58,146 bases of DNA. It comes from Rhizaria sp. SCN 62-66. Lineage: Eukaryota. Within the stretch, counting starts at the first letter, position 1; each line of letters begins with the position of its first letter. Shown in pieces: positions 22,635-34,240 of this stretch. The notes below the pieces were generated by a model. The model ran no database searches. It saw only the letters and a program-made list of their open reading frames with translations, and was not told the origin of the DNA. Location: assembly GCA_001724265.1 (NCBI GenBank), contig MEDY01000078.1, positions 124,001-182,146 on the forward strand, given 5' to 3'. The position numbers and the translations under genes are program-made.

Positions 22635-23884
22635 TTAGTGTTCGACGGAGCGCATGGCCTCAGAGACGTCGAGCGAGTCGGACAGCATAGCGTCCCGCTG
22701 CTCCTTGGTCATGAACATCTTCCCGTCCGGCTTGCGGCCGAACGTGACGCGTCCCTTGCGGTCACGCCGCTCCACCACGACGCGCTGCGTGCGCATGGCG
22801 TCGAGGTTGCCGAGGAAGCCGCGCAGGTCGTCCTCCTCCTCGCCCGCCGCGGCTGACATCCACTGCGCGTGCGTCTGCTGCAGCGCCGCTGCCTGCGTCA
22901 GCAGCCGCGCGAGCGTCTTCTGCACTACAATCACATCGCTCGTGACGGGCACCGGCACCGCGTAGCTGTTGGTGTTGCCGTGCGCGGCCGAAGCGGCGGC
23001 GACGACGGCGGCAAGCGCGATGCGGCGGATCACGTGCAGCTTGGCCCACACGGGCACGAACGAGATGAGCGCCAGGTCGCCGCGCACCAGCGGCGGCAGA
23101 GACGCCAGCACGCCCCCGGGGCACTCGCCGGCGTCGCCAACGCCGCCAGCGCCGCAGTTGAGGCCGCCGCCGCTGTAGCCGTCGCCGGCGCCCGCGATGC
23201 CCCCGCCCGCCGCGCCGCCTCCGCCACCGCCGCTGTTGATGCTGTGGTGGCCGTCGCTGCTGGCGGTGTGGAGCGCCGGGCTGGGACTGCCGCCGGTGCT
23301 CTTCTTCCCGCCGCCGGGGCGGCTACTTACATCGTCTAAGGGGCGTCCGGACTCGAGCGAAATGCCGAGGATCTCCGCATAGAGCACGCGCAGCCGCGAC
23401 GGCGGGCGGTCCGCAGCGCGCGCGGTGTCGCTCTCATGGCGCATCGCGATGGTGTTGTTGGCGTCGCTGCTGAGCTCGGACAGCAGCGTCGCCGCACTTA
23501 CGCCCGCCGACAGCGGCGTCAACAGGCCCAGCGACGCGCAGAAGGCGTACAGCGGCCGCGCGAGCGAGCCGATCCTGGGCGAGACAGGCACAGGCGCAGG
23601 CGCAGGCGCTGAGGAGGCAATCCCACCGCTGCCGCCGCCGCTACACCCACTGGCGCTGGCCTGGGGCAGCGGGACGGTAGCGGGCGCGCGCTGCTGCTGC
23701 TGGAACAGCGCCTGCGCGGTGATGGCGAGCCCGAACTCGGCGTTGATCGCCGCAAGCACCTCGCCCAGTGCGCGCGGGCGCGAGAGCAGCGCGGCAGCGA
23801 CGGCTGCGCCCCGCTGCTGCAGCGGCCGCTCCCAGGCCGTGCCGGCGGCGGCGCCGACGACCACTGGCGTGCTGCCGCTGCAGC

Positions 23885-23920
<36 letters not shown>

Positions 23921-26900
23921 TAGTGCTGCTGGTCTTGGCGCTCGCGGGCGTGGGTAGAGCGAGCGGGGTGGCCTTGCCGGCGCTAGTGTACGTGGCGTCG
24001 ACCTGGCACTGAGACATCTGCGCCAGCGCCGCGAGCAGAAACGCGTCCAGCGCGGCGTCGTTGCCGCTGTACAGCGCGGCCGCGAGCGGCGAGGCCGCGG
24101 CGGCGGCGGTCGCGGCGGCCGCCATCGACTCCGCGTCCAGCCCGTCGCCGCTCTCGCCGCCAGCGGCGGAGTACTTGGACACAGTGTAGGCGCTACTGCT
24201 GTTGTTATGGCTGTCGTGCGGGGTGACGGCGTCGAGCACGGCGAGCGGCGCGGCGGCCGTGCTGATGCGGTATGCGCTGGCGATGGCGGCGGCCTCGCTG
24301 CGCCACAACGCCAGCAGCAGCGTCGCGATGGCCGCCGCCGCGCCGCCACAGGGGCCCGCAACAGCGTTAGGACTCGCGACGCCAGATCCGCTGCCGCTGC
24401 CGGTGCCGCTCTCGGCGCCGTCCGCCATAGGCGAGGGTTGTGGGCTGGTGTTGTAGACGTAGCCGTAGCCGTTCGCGCTCGCGCCAGCGGTGGCGTTGGC
24501 GTTGGGGCTGGGCTGGATGAGAGCGTTCGGTGCGTTGGGGCGGGGTTTCCAGGTAAGAATCTGCTTATAGACGCGCGCATCGGCCGCCAGCGACGACAGC
24601 AGGGACATGGCGCCCCGCAGCAGCCCGCGGCAGTCGCCGTGCGCAGTGGCAGACGCCGACGCCGAGGAGCTGGAGGCGGAGCTAGAGATGACCTGTGTGG
24701 CGGACTCGTTGATAAGGTCAATGAGCCTGTCGACGCCGTTGACGAGTAAGAACTGCACCAAGCACTGGCCTGACATCTTGACCGCCGCCGACTCAGCCCC
24801 CACGCCCGCGCCCGCGCCCGCGCCCGCGCCCACGGCCTCAAGGAGCTCGATGGTGGGACGGAAGAGTTGTGTAAGGCAGTCGACGACGGCGAAAGGCAGC
24901 GCGGGGCACGCCACGGCCGCCTTGCGCAGCAGCGCGGGCGCCGCGAACAGCGACGCGAGCGCGGGGGCGAGCGAGAGGTGCCGCGCCAGCGCCAGCGAGG
25001 TCGGGTTGCGGTGCGCAAAGTGGCATGACAGCACGTGCAGCGCCGAGACGAGCGCGTTGAGGGACGCGATCGGCGGGAAGACACCGGAGTTTACATTAAC
25101 ACCGCCGGTCTGGTTAAGCGTGTGAAGGTGCATGTTGTTGTTCGTGGTGCTGCTCAGAGTCGCGGTGAAGTTGCCGTTGCCGACGGCGCTGCTGGCGTTG
25201 TCGGTGACGAGCGCGATGAGTGACAGCGCCGTGTCGAGCACGATGTACGACATTGCGCCCGTGGCCAGCGCGGAGTACACTCTGGCGCCCGCAGCGCTCA
25301 CGCCACTCACAACGACACTGCTGCTCACGGCCGCGCCCGCGCTGGTGCCGCCGCCGCCGCGGGCGTTGACGCCGGGAGGGCCCGCAGCGGGGGCGACGGT
25401 ATTGACCGTGTTGATCGCGAGACCGGAGGCGGCGGCGTCGGCGTCGTCCGTGGTCGCCGCGGCGGCCGTTTCTGCCAGCAAGGCCAGGCACAGCGCCAGG
25501 TGAGCGGGCGCGTTGGGGTCCGACGGAATCGGCGGCGCAGACGTCAGCAGCAGGTGCGGCTTCACTTGCGTGCCGTTGCCGTTGAAGCCGCCAAGGGGTC
25601 CCGTCTTGGTGTTACCCATCATCGCCGTCGTCGTCGTCGCCGTCGTCGTCATCGTCATCGTGGTCGAGCTCCCCGTGTTCACCGGGTTGCCGGCGGTGCG
25701 AGGAGCAGGCAGCGCCAGCCCCAGCGCCGCCGCCGCGGCCGCGACGGCCGCCGCGACGGCCGCCGCGCCCGCAGCCTGCTCCCGCAGCGCGACCGCGAAG
25801 CGCGCCACGTGCTCGTTCACGCGCGTCGCCGTGGCCGCAAGCGGGAGCAGCGGCGCCACGCGCTGCAACGTGCGCAGGGCGGCCGCCTGGAGCGAGCGCA
25901 CGAGCACCACGGACCAGCCGCCGCCGCCGCCGTTCACCGCCACCGTGGCCACAGCAGCGCTCTTAGAGTCGGCAGAGGGAATGCTGGAGTTGGTGTTGTT
26001 GAGCTCGCCATTGGTGTTCTCGATCCCAGTCGGCGAGCTGCTGCGGCTCCCGCTGCCGTTGCCGTTGCCATTATTGGTGTTGATGCTGGGGGAGATGGCG
26101 GTTGCGTACAGCACGTCGACGAGTTGCGACAAGAAGCAGGAAGTCAAGCTTCCCGCGACGGAAGTCAGGCCGCCCGCGTTGGCCGTGGAGAGGTACGCGC
26201 GACACACGGGGTCTTCACTCAGCGCAGACAGCGCAGCCCACAGAAGCAAGATGAACTCTTCGTCTAGCGCGTCGCCGCTCAGACTGCCACTCAACTGCTG
26301 TGCGTTCGCACTCGCCGAGACTGAGACGGGGTGTAAGGGGGTACTTAGAGCGAGCGATGCCGCGGCCGAGTGCGCCGCCAGGGCAGTGGCCGAGAGCAGG
26401 GACCTGACTGCGGCGGGCGCGGCGCGCGCGCGGGCCAGAGACTGCGCGGTGGCGGCCGCGACACAGACGGGGGCCAACGCCGCAGACGGAGACGAGGTGA
26501 TCCTGCTTCCGCAGCCGCTGCTGTTGCTGCTGCTGTTGCTGCTGTCAGCGGAGGGCAGGAGAGCGGGGGTGCGGGGGAGGAACTTGGCGGCGAGCGCGAG
26601 CAGCACTTGCACGCTGTTGTACACAGTGAAACCGCCGCCGCTGCCGCCGCCGCCGCCGCCGCTCTCGTCGCCGAAGAAGCCGCTGCCCGCGGCCGCCGGA
26701 CTCGCCTCCGCATAGATCCGCACGACGTCCCCCCCGTCGCCGCCGCTGCTGCTGGCGCCAACGCTGATAGGCGCCGCGAAGGCGTGCCTGTGCTGCGGCA
26801 CCCGCGCCAGCTGGCCCACGGCCACGGCAATGGCGTTGCGCGCCTGCCGGTCCGCGCGCCGCTGCTGGCCGCCGCTGGCCGACAGTCGGCACAGCAACGG

Positions 26901-29435
26901 AACGAGTACGGGGAGACACTGCGCCGGGTTCGCCGCCGCCGCGGTCGCCACTGTCGCGCCGCCGCCGCAGCTGGCGCCGGCGCCACTGGAACTCATGGGG
27001 GAACCCGTGACGGTGCCGCTGGGCGAGAGATGGGCCAGCGAGTGCGCCGCGGCGGCGCCGGCGCCCAGCACGCTCTCGGCCACGGCCGTGGTACTTACAC
27101 TGGCGGCACTTAAATCGACGGCCGAGGGGGCCGTGAGCGCGGGCGCGGGGGCCAAGGTGCGCGGCAGCACCAGGGCCGTCGCAGCGGCGGCGGCAGCGGC
27201 GGCGGCGGCGGCGGCGCTGTTAGCGGCACCCATCGTTTTGCTGTGACGGCTGCTGCTGCTGCTGCTGCTGGAGTTGTCCGTGACCGTGTTGGCGTTGAGC
27301 GTGGCCGTGCCGACGATGGTGTTTGAGTTGACGGTCGCCGTGGTGTACGCGGCGGGCAGCGGCGCGCAGTCCATGCCGAAGAGCGCGGTCAGCAGGTCGA
27401 GCGACAGCAGCGCCGCCGGCGTCAGCGAGGGCGCGGCGGTGCTAGAGAGCGGCTGCGCTACGGCGACAACCGTGGTGCCGCTCGCCAACGCACTCTTGCC
27501 CTTAGACTGCTTCGCGGAGCCAGAACCAGAGCCAGGAGAAGTGCTGGAGTTGGCGGTGGCGTTGGGGGGAAGCCCGGGGTACGGCGCGAGAGCCCCCGGG
27601 AGGAACAGAAGGTCGACGAGTCCGCACTGGACAAGCTCCCGCACGCTCGACTTGACGGCCGCCAGCGCCAGACACGCCTCGAGCGTGGCCATCACCGCTG
27701 CCGCGTGCGGGGTGAGGTCCGTCAGCAGGCCCACCAGGCCGCCGCCAGCGCTGCCGCCGCTGACGCCCACGGTCCCCGCGGCTGAAGTTAGGCCGCCGTG
27801 GGGGCCCGCGAGGGGCTGGCGGCGCGGGGAGCCGGGGTTGGGGTTACCCAGGCCGACGGCGGCGGCGGCGGCGGCGGAGGCGGCGGCAGTGCCGGGAGAG
27901 TGGGTGAACCCTGGATCGAAGTATGCCACCAACGGGGCAGCAGCAGCAGCACTGTTGTTGCCGCTGCCGTTGCCGTTGATCGAGGGGACGGTGTATGCGA
28001 ACGCGGCCTCGAGCCCGTCCAGGAGGCTCATGACGACGCCGCTGCGGGAGATGATACGGCTGCCCACGGTCGCCACTATCATGGCGCAGACGGAGCCGTT
28101 GCCGTTGCTGGCCGCACAGCTCGCGCCCGTCAGGTCGCTCACCATCGCAGCGTTGCCGTCGCCGGCCTTGCCGTCGCTCTCGGCGAGCGACGAGGGCGGC
28201 ACGGGGGCCGGATACAGCGCGAGCAGCGCGGCGACGAGGCGTGCCACAGAGGCCAACACTGAGGGGAAGGGCAGGCGCAGCGCGGGGCGGCACAGAGCGA
28301 GCGCCGCCGAGAGCGCCTGGTCCAGCGCGGGCGTCAGCCGCGGCACAGGCGCGCCCGCGAGCACGGTCACGGGGGCGCTCAGCGCGCCGGGGGACGACAG
28401 GACCCCCGCCGCGGTACTATGGCCGGCGCCGCCCACGGTGCCCGCGAGGGCGGCAGCGGGGCCGGCGAGGGCCATTGCGGTCATGGTGGTGGTGGGGAAG
28501 AGGGGGCTGCCCCAGAGCGCGATGAGGTCGATCAGCGCGGGCACGAGCGCGGCAGCCGCGGTTGTGAAGTGCTGGTCATCATTGAAACCATCCGTGCCAG
28601 CCGCAGTCGCAGAGCACGCGCGCGTGACGGCGCGCATGGCGGCGACGGTGTCAGCGAACGAGAGCGCGGCCAGCGCGGCGACAGAGTCGGGCATGGTGGC
28701 GTTGCCGCTGCTGCTGCTGCTGCTGCTGTTGCTGCTGCTGGTGTTGTTGTTGCTGGTCGAGCTCAGGAGCGTCTGCGCCGCCGCGAGCGAAAGGACTGGC
28801 GCGGACGCGGCGCCGCCCTCGTCCTGCTCGGGCAGCAGCGCAGTGGCGGGCGCAAGCGCGACAAGCAGCGCGACGACGTGCTTGGTCACCGCGAGCGCGA
28901 GCGGCACGTCGGGCAGCGCGAGGCCCCGGGGGCGAGCGCGCGAGATCTGGCGGACAGCGGACCCCAGGCGCGCGTACGAGGCCTGCGCGTGGCGGTGGTG
29001 GAACAGCGCCAGAATGCCGTCGTAGTCGACGGGAATAAGCGGCGTCGCGGCCGAGGCCGGGGCGGTGTCGCTGCTGTTGTTGTTGGTCGCGGCGCTGTGA
29101 CCGCGACTGCTAGAGCTGGCGCTGGAGCTAGTAGTTGTAACGACGGAGGCGTTGGTTGTGCGGAGCTTCTGCGACGTGGAGAGCTTACCGGTGGCGGTGC
29201 GGCCGCCGCCGGGCGCGTGATGCAAGTGGTACACCGCGCCACCAGCGGCGGATGCGCCAGAGGCAGCAGCGGCAGATGACGAGGAGGACGACACGGGGAG
29301 CGACTGGAGCAGCGCGGGCGGCGGGGGGCGCGGGCGGACGCTCGCAGCGCCAGCGCCAGCGCCTGTACTAGCGCTGAAGTCAGCGCTGCCGCTGCTGGAA
29401 AAGCCGGTGGTGCGGCCCTGGTGCGTGTAGGACAT
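22635..29435 (-). CDS. CFAP69: Cilia- and flagella-associated protein 69-like ARM-repeat protein, expanded by low-complexity inserts (2266 aa, no introns required)
   Basis: Ordered blocks resembling CFAP69 as I recall it: VDYDGILALF..PRGLALPDV, DRQARNAIAV, DEEFILLLW, WSVVLVRSLQAAALRTLQRVAPLL, FLLVNGVDRLIDLI, LLLALWRSE and EEEDDLRGFL. Ends TAA. Confidence 0.7.
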
Positions 29436-29985
29436 CGAGGGCAGAGTGCCGCGCGTGGGGACGCGAGGGAGGGCCAGCGGGTGGTGCCGAGATAGACGGG
29501 AAAAGCTTCAAACTTAGGGCGAGTTCAACGGGCCCTGGGAGATTTCTGAAGAGCTGTAAAACAAATGTTAAATAAACAGCAGACTGGTTAGTTACAAACA
29601 GATATCTATTTGCAAAAATTACTACGACAGGTCGAGATATCACACTTGGCGTAAGAACCGTTTCGTTCACTTCTTCTCTTATCGGTTGCTGGTCGCGATT
29701 TTTGCGAACAGGCCTTTGGGTTGCCGCCAGCCGCGACACCGACTGGCCGACGGCTGTCTCTGCGTGATGTTCACAGCATGGAACTGGAGTCTCTGGCCGT
29801 TGCCTCGCAGCATCACAGATACCACAGACTATTTTAGTGACAAATATACCGTTTAGATTTGCGACATTTCTTTCACGCCTTGTTTCCCCTCACGCCAGCT
29901 TGCCACCGACGACCCTCATCTCACTCACACTTCTCCCCCAACCGCCCCACTCTGTGCCCGCCATCCTTATCACCACCATCGCAGT

Positions 29986-30713
29986 ATGCAGCACTCGCAC
30001 CAGCCCGAGGAGGAGGCCCAGCCTGTCTCGCCGCTCCGCGCCGCCATCTCCGAGACCGTGGCCGACCTGGGCCACTACGGCTCCACCTTCCTCCGCTCCC
30101 TCAGCTGGGTCTACATCCCCCTCGTACGTCGACTTCCATACTATCTACAAGACGCAAACAACGCGTCAGGAACTCAAAACAGCACAATACGGATATTCGC
30201 AGAGCATGCTTATATTTTTGCGTTGTTTTAGTACTATCAGCATTAATCTCACTCCTCTGCAATCACTTAAACTTCCCCTGCTCACACCTCGCGACTCTTG
30301 ACTGTTCCTTGTTTCCCACCCCCCGTAGCTCGGCTACATCGTCTACCGTGGTCTTGCCGCCACCAACCACGCCGTTTACATGTCCCAGGAGGACGCTGAG
30401 TCCAACTACGAGCGCGAAGTCACCCAGTACGGTATCCTCGGCCACTCCAACCCCGTACGTGCCCATATCACACATCTCTCGACGTAGTCTATATCTTAAA
30501 AGGATAACTTGCGCATAACGTGACTTGTTTTCATATAAGCACGCATCATTGAATCATTTTGTCTTATTCAACTGCGTCACTTTCAGATTGGTCCCAAATC
30601 CGTCATGTACCACCCCTTTTGTCTCTCACTAAATGTTTTTCCCCGTTGTGTTTCCACTTCATTATGTTGTTGTGTAGGTCGATGTTGACGCCATGGAGAC
30701 CCAGAGCCAGTAA
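29986..30713 (+). CDS. Small (~99 aa) single-TM protein, weakly Tom7-like; exons 29986-30123, 30329-30454, 30678-30713
   Basis: Two phase-0 GTACGT...TAG introns give MQHSHQPEEEAQPVSPLRAAISETVADLGHYGSTFLRSLSWVYIPLLGYIVYRGLAATNHAVYMSQEDAESNYEREVTQYGILGHSNPVDVDAMETQSQ-TAA with strongly biased codons. The family call is tentative. Confidence 0.7.
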
Positions 30714-31986
30714 GCACGCTGCGCCACAGCAATCTACACACACTCACCGCACACATTGCACGCTCATGCACAAGTGTAGCTCAACGCAACACATCTCGGG
30801 CGCTATCTGCTGTGGCGATCAGACAGACTGTTACACGTGACCACGTGTTGCTGCCTGCAGTCACAGGCATAGCTGCAGCGTTAGCATTAGCATCAGCCAC
30901 CTACATTGCGCTTGCTGTCATTGCTCTTATGCGTTCCTGTGTGGATACTAAATTATGCTTGATTGTGTGTGTTTCCGTGGCGTTAGATGAACATAATGTA
31001 CCAGAAACACACACAATCATGCTTTTCATGTTCATTCATTACGTTCGTTTTTACGTTTCTTTTCATTAGATACGTATTTCACTTAGTCATTATGTATTAT
31101 TTTTTTCATGTGCATTCGTTTCACGACACGCGCATAACCCACTGTCCGTGACAACTGCTCTATCAACGCTGCTATTGCATTATCGCACAGCTAAGATCAC
31201 AAGACGCTGTTGAGGCAGAACGGACTTTCTTCTAAATAGCCACCTTATATCAAACACACACGCGCCCACACACGCATTACACTCACGACGATGCTTGTCA
31301 CATGAGCGTGCTAGTTTGCATTCACACCACCCACACTGTTGTCTCGCTTTTGGCGAGTTTTATTCACACTGGAAGGCAATAGGTAGACGCGATCATACTG
31401 CGTTGGTGGTGTCTAATACAAATTGTATTTTAACATATTTCAAATCTTAGCCCCAAATGTATTGTTTCATTGCACTAGCTCGATTACACGTGATTGCCAC
31501 ACCGTCACTGTGCAACGGCAGAGTGGCGAACGAGTAGGCGTATGACCGAGAAGACATGTTAAGAAACGGTCTCCCTATGCAAAATGCGTCTACAGACTTC
31601 ACATGCTGACATTCGCTATGCATGGAGCATCGTGTTTCAAGACACTTCTACTTTTTTACGTTTTGATAATTTGTCATCTTGACTCTCTGCTATCATCCTT
31701 TTCTGCACCGCCGATCACTCTCCTCCTGCACTTTATGTCCTTCCACTTGGAGGCAGAAGAATAACGCATATCCGAAATTCATTAGCATCAAGACATTTCG
31801 CACAAGAATTCTACTAACATTTTCTGTTTTCTTTTCCTAAAACCCCAACCTCGCCCCACCCCGTCGCTGTCCTTCTCACCACCAGTCCGTTACCACAGCC
31901 AAAGACACATCGCATTCGACCTTTTCCTAGCGCCTGTGCCCCGCCTCTCGCCTTGCGTTTGCCTGTCAAGACCCAACACACCCGAG

Positions 31987-33709
31987 ATGTCTTCCCCCGC
32001 TGCCGCCGCGGACGACAACGCGTCGTTCTCCGACGCCGCGAGCGACTACCTGGAGCGCCACCGCGTGTACGAGACCTTCCACCTGCTGCTTAAGTCGCTC
32101 ACCATCCACCGGCCCAAGGACCCCGTCGCGTTCATGATCTCGCAGCTGGACGAGCCCGAGGAGCGGCTCCGCGTTGTGCTGCTTGCGCCGCCCGACGCGC
32201 GCCTCTCCTCCCGTGCGACCCTGCTCTCTGCACTGGTCGACAAGTTCGGGCTCGTCCGTGTCTCGCTGCCCGCGCTGCTCGAAGACGAGGTGCTTCGTCA
32301 GTCCGCGCTTGGCACCAAGGCCAAGAGCTACCTCGACCGCGGCGCCGCCGTGCCCGACGAGCTCAGCGTTGCTGTCATCACCGCCGCGCTCGCCCGCTCC
32401 GACTGCGTCTCAAAGGGCTGGGTCCTCGACGGGTTCCCTAACACACCCACTCAGGCGCGGTACGTCTGATCGCAGTCTAGAACAAAATATATTTATCTTA
32501 GACATGTATATATTGATTTTGCAAACTATTCTTTTTTGTTTTATTCAGCTAATCACTGGAAGTACTCTTGAATCATCCTATATCGCGTCATACGATCAAC
32601 TCCTAACTGCTTTTCACTTTCTCTCGCTAACTGGAACACCACCACTTTACTTTCCCCCGTTTCTCTTCTCTAGGCTTCTACAAGCCGCCGGCGGCTACGC
32701 CAACAAGTGCATCGCCCTCGACGTGCCCGCCACGACCCTCAAGCTCCGCCTCGCCGACGTCGACTCCTTGCACAACAACAACAGTAGCACCCCCGAGTCC
32801 GCGCCCGCGCCCAGCGTCGAGGGCGACGACGGCGACTTCTACTCGCACACGGCGCTCCGTTCGCTCGAGCGCCGCGCCGACGCCATCCGCACCACGCTCG
32901 CCGCCACGGCCGCGCTGTACCCTGCCTGCCTCCTCACGCTGAGCGACACGCTGCCCGCCGCGACCCTCGCTGAGGCCGCCGGGCGCTTCCTGGCCCAGGA
33001 GCCCGCCTCCGCGGCCCCGCGCCGGCCCGCGCGCACCGTGCTGCTGGGTCCGCGCGGCGCCGGCAAGTCCCGCGCGGCGCGCGCACTGTCGGCCGCCACG
33101 GGCGCCGTGCACGTGTCGGTCGGGCAGCTTCTCGAGAGCGAGGCCGCCGCTGGCACGCGCGCCGCCGCCGCCGCCGCGCCGTACGTCGCGATGGGCGAGA
33201 TGGTGCCCGACGACATCGTGGCGCCTCTGGTGCTGGCGCGGCTGCAGCGCAGCGACTGCCAGCAGCGCGGGTGGGTGCTCGAGGGCTTCCCGCGCACGCT
33301 GCGGCAAGCGACGCTGCTGGCCAAGGCCAAGGTGCTGCCCTCTCGCTGCGTGGTGCTCGAGGCCGACGACAAGACGTGTCTCGACCGCGTGACGGCGTTG
33401 CGGTATGACCCCGTGACCGGCGACAGCTACAACCTCAAGACTTCGGCGTCCCTGCCGGCCGCCGCGGTGGTCAAGCGGCTGCAGCAGCGCGCAGAGGACG
33501 CCGAGCCCGTCGTGCGGTCTCTCATCAACAACTATCGGTCCTCGATCGGCCCTGTGGCCAACGCGTACAAAGCGATCATCACACAGATTGACACCAGCGC
33601 GAAGTCGCCCGCAGAGGTTGCCGACGAGGTGGCGGCCTTCGTGGCCGCGCCGCTGCGCGCTGGGGCGGCCTCTGGCGCTGTTGCCGCTGCCACTGCGCCT
33701 GCGCAGTGA
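31987..33709 (+). CDS. AK8: Adenylate kinase 8-like: N-terminal Dpy-30/RIIa-type docking motif plus two AK domains; exons 31987-32459, 32674-33709
   Basis: YLERHRVYETFHLLLKSLTIHRPKDPVAFM; VPDE..GWVLDGFP in domain 1; GPRGAGKS, VPDD, GWVLEGFPRT and RYDPVTG in domain 2. Intron GTACGT...CTAG; ends TGA. Confidence 0.85.
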
Positions 33710-34240
33710 GTGATTGAGTGATGTACGTATTGTGCGAGTGTTAGTAGTTATTCCTACTAGCATTCTTTAGATGTTCATGTTTTGATGTTTGACTGTGCTG
33801 TTTTAAAGAAGTAAAAATACAAAATATAGATTTTAGGTAGTCCAGTATATTATATAGTGCATGGCTTTATCTACGCGGTGTTATCTGGCCAGGCTTTGTG
33901 TTTGTTTTAGTGATTCGATAGCCGTTATGTGGCCTAGTTGTCATGCTGCGGTGGTCGAAGTGCCACACTTGGCCAGACGGAGTGAGATTTTCAAATGGAG
34001 GCTAACTTAAGGAGGCTCGCGCGCGATTATTTGAATGTCAAAGTGAAATGCCGCTGTATTACAGAACTTAATCGTGCTTATAGTTGCTATATCTTAATTT
34101 AGAATGCTACGCGGATGCGTATATGGCTAATTGCCCCGTCTTGCAAACACCCGCCATCTCACGCCGATCGCTGCCCTCTGCCCCTACCCTTTGCCCCCAC
34201 AGAACCACCTCCGCAGACACACAGAGAGACACTCTCAGCC

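Noticed and set aside
27274-29025. Long antisense and alternate-frame ORFs (e.g. 27274-29025 +, 34869-36740 -, 36744-38351 -, 48424-49785 -)
   Set aside because: Shadow ORFs of GC-rich coding sequence: no recognisable motifs, and each overlaps a well-supported gene.
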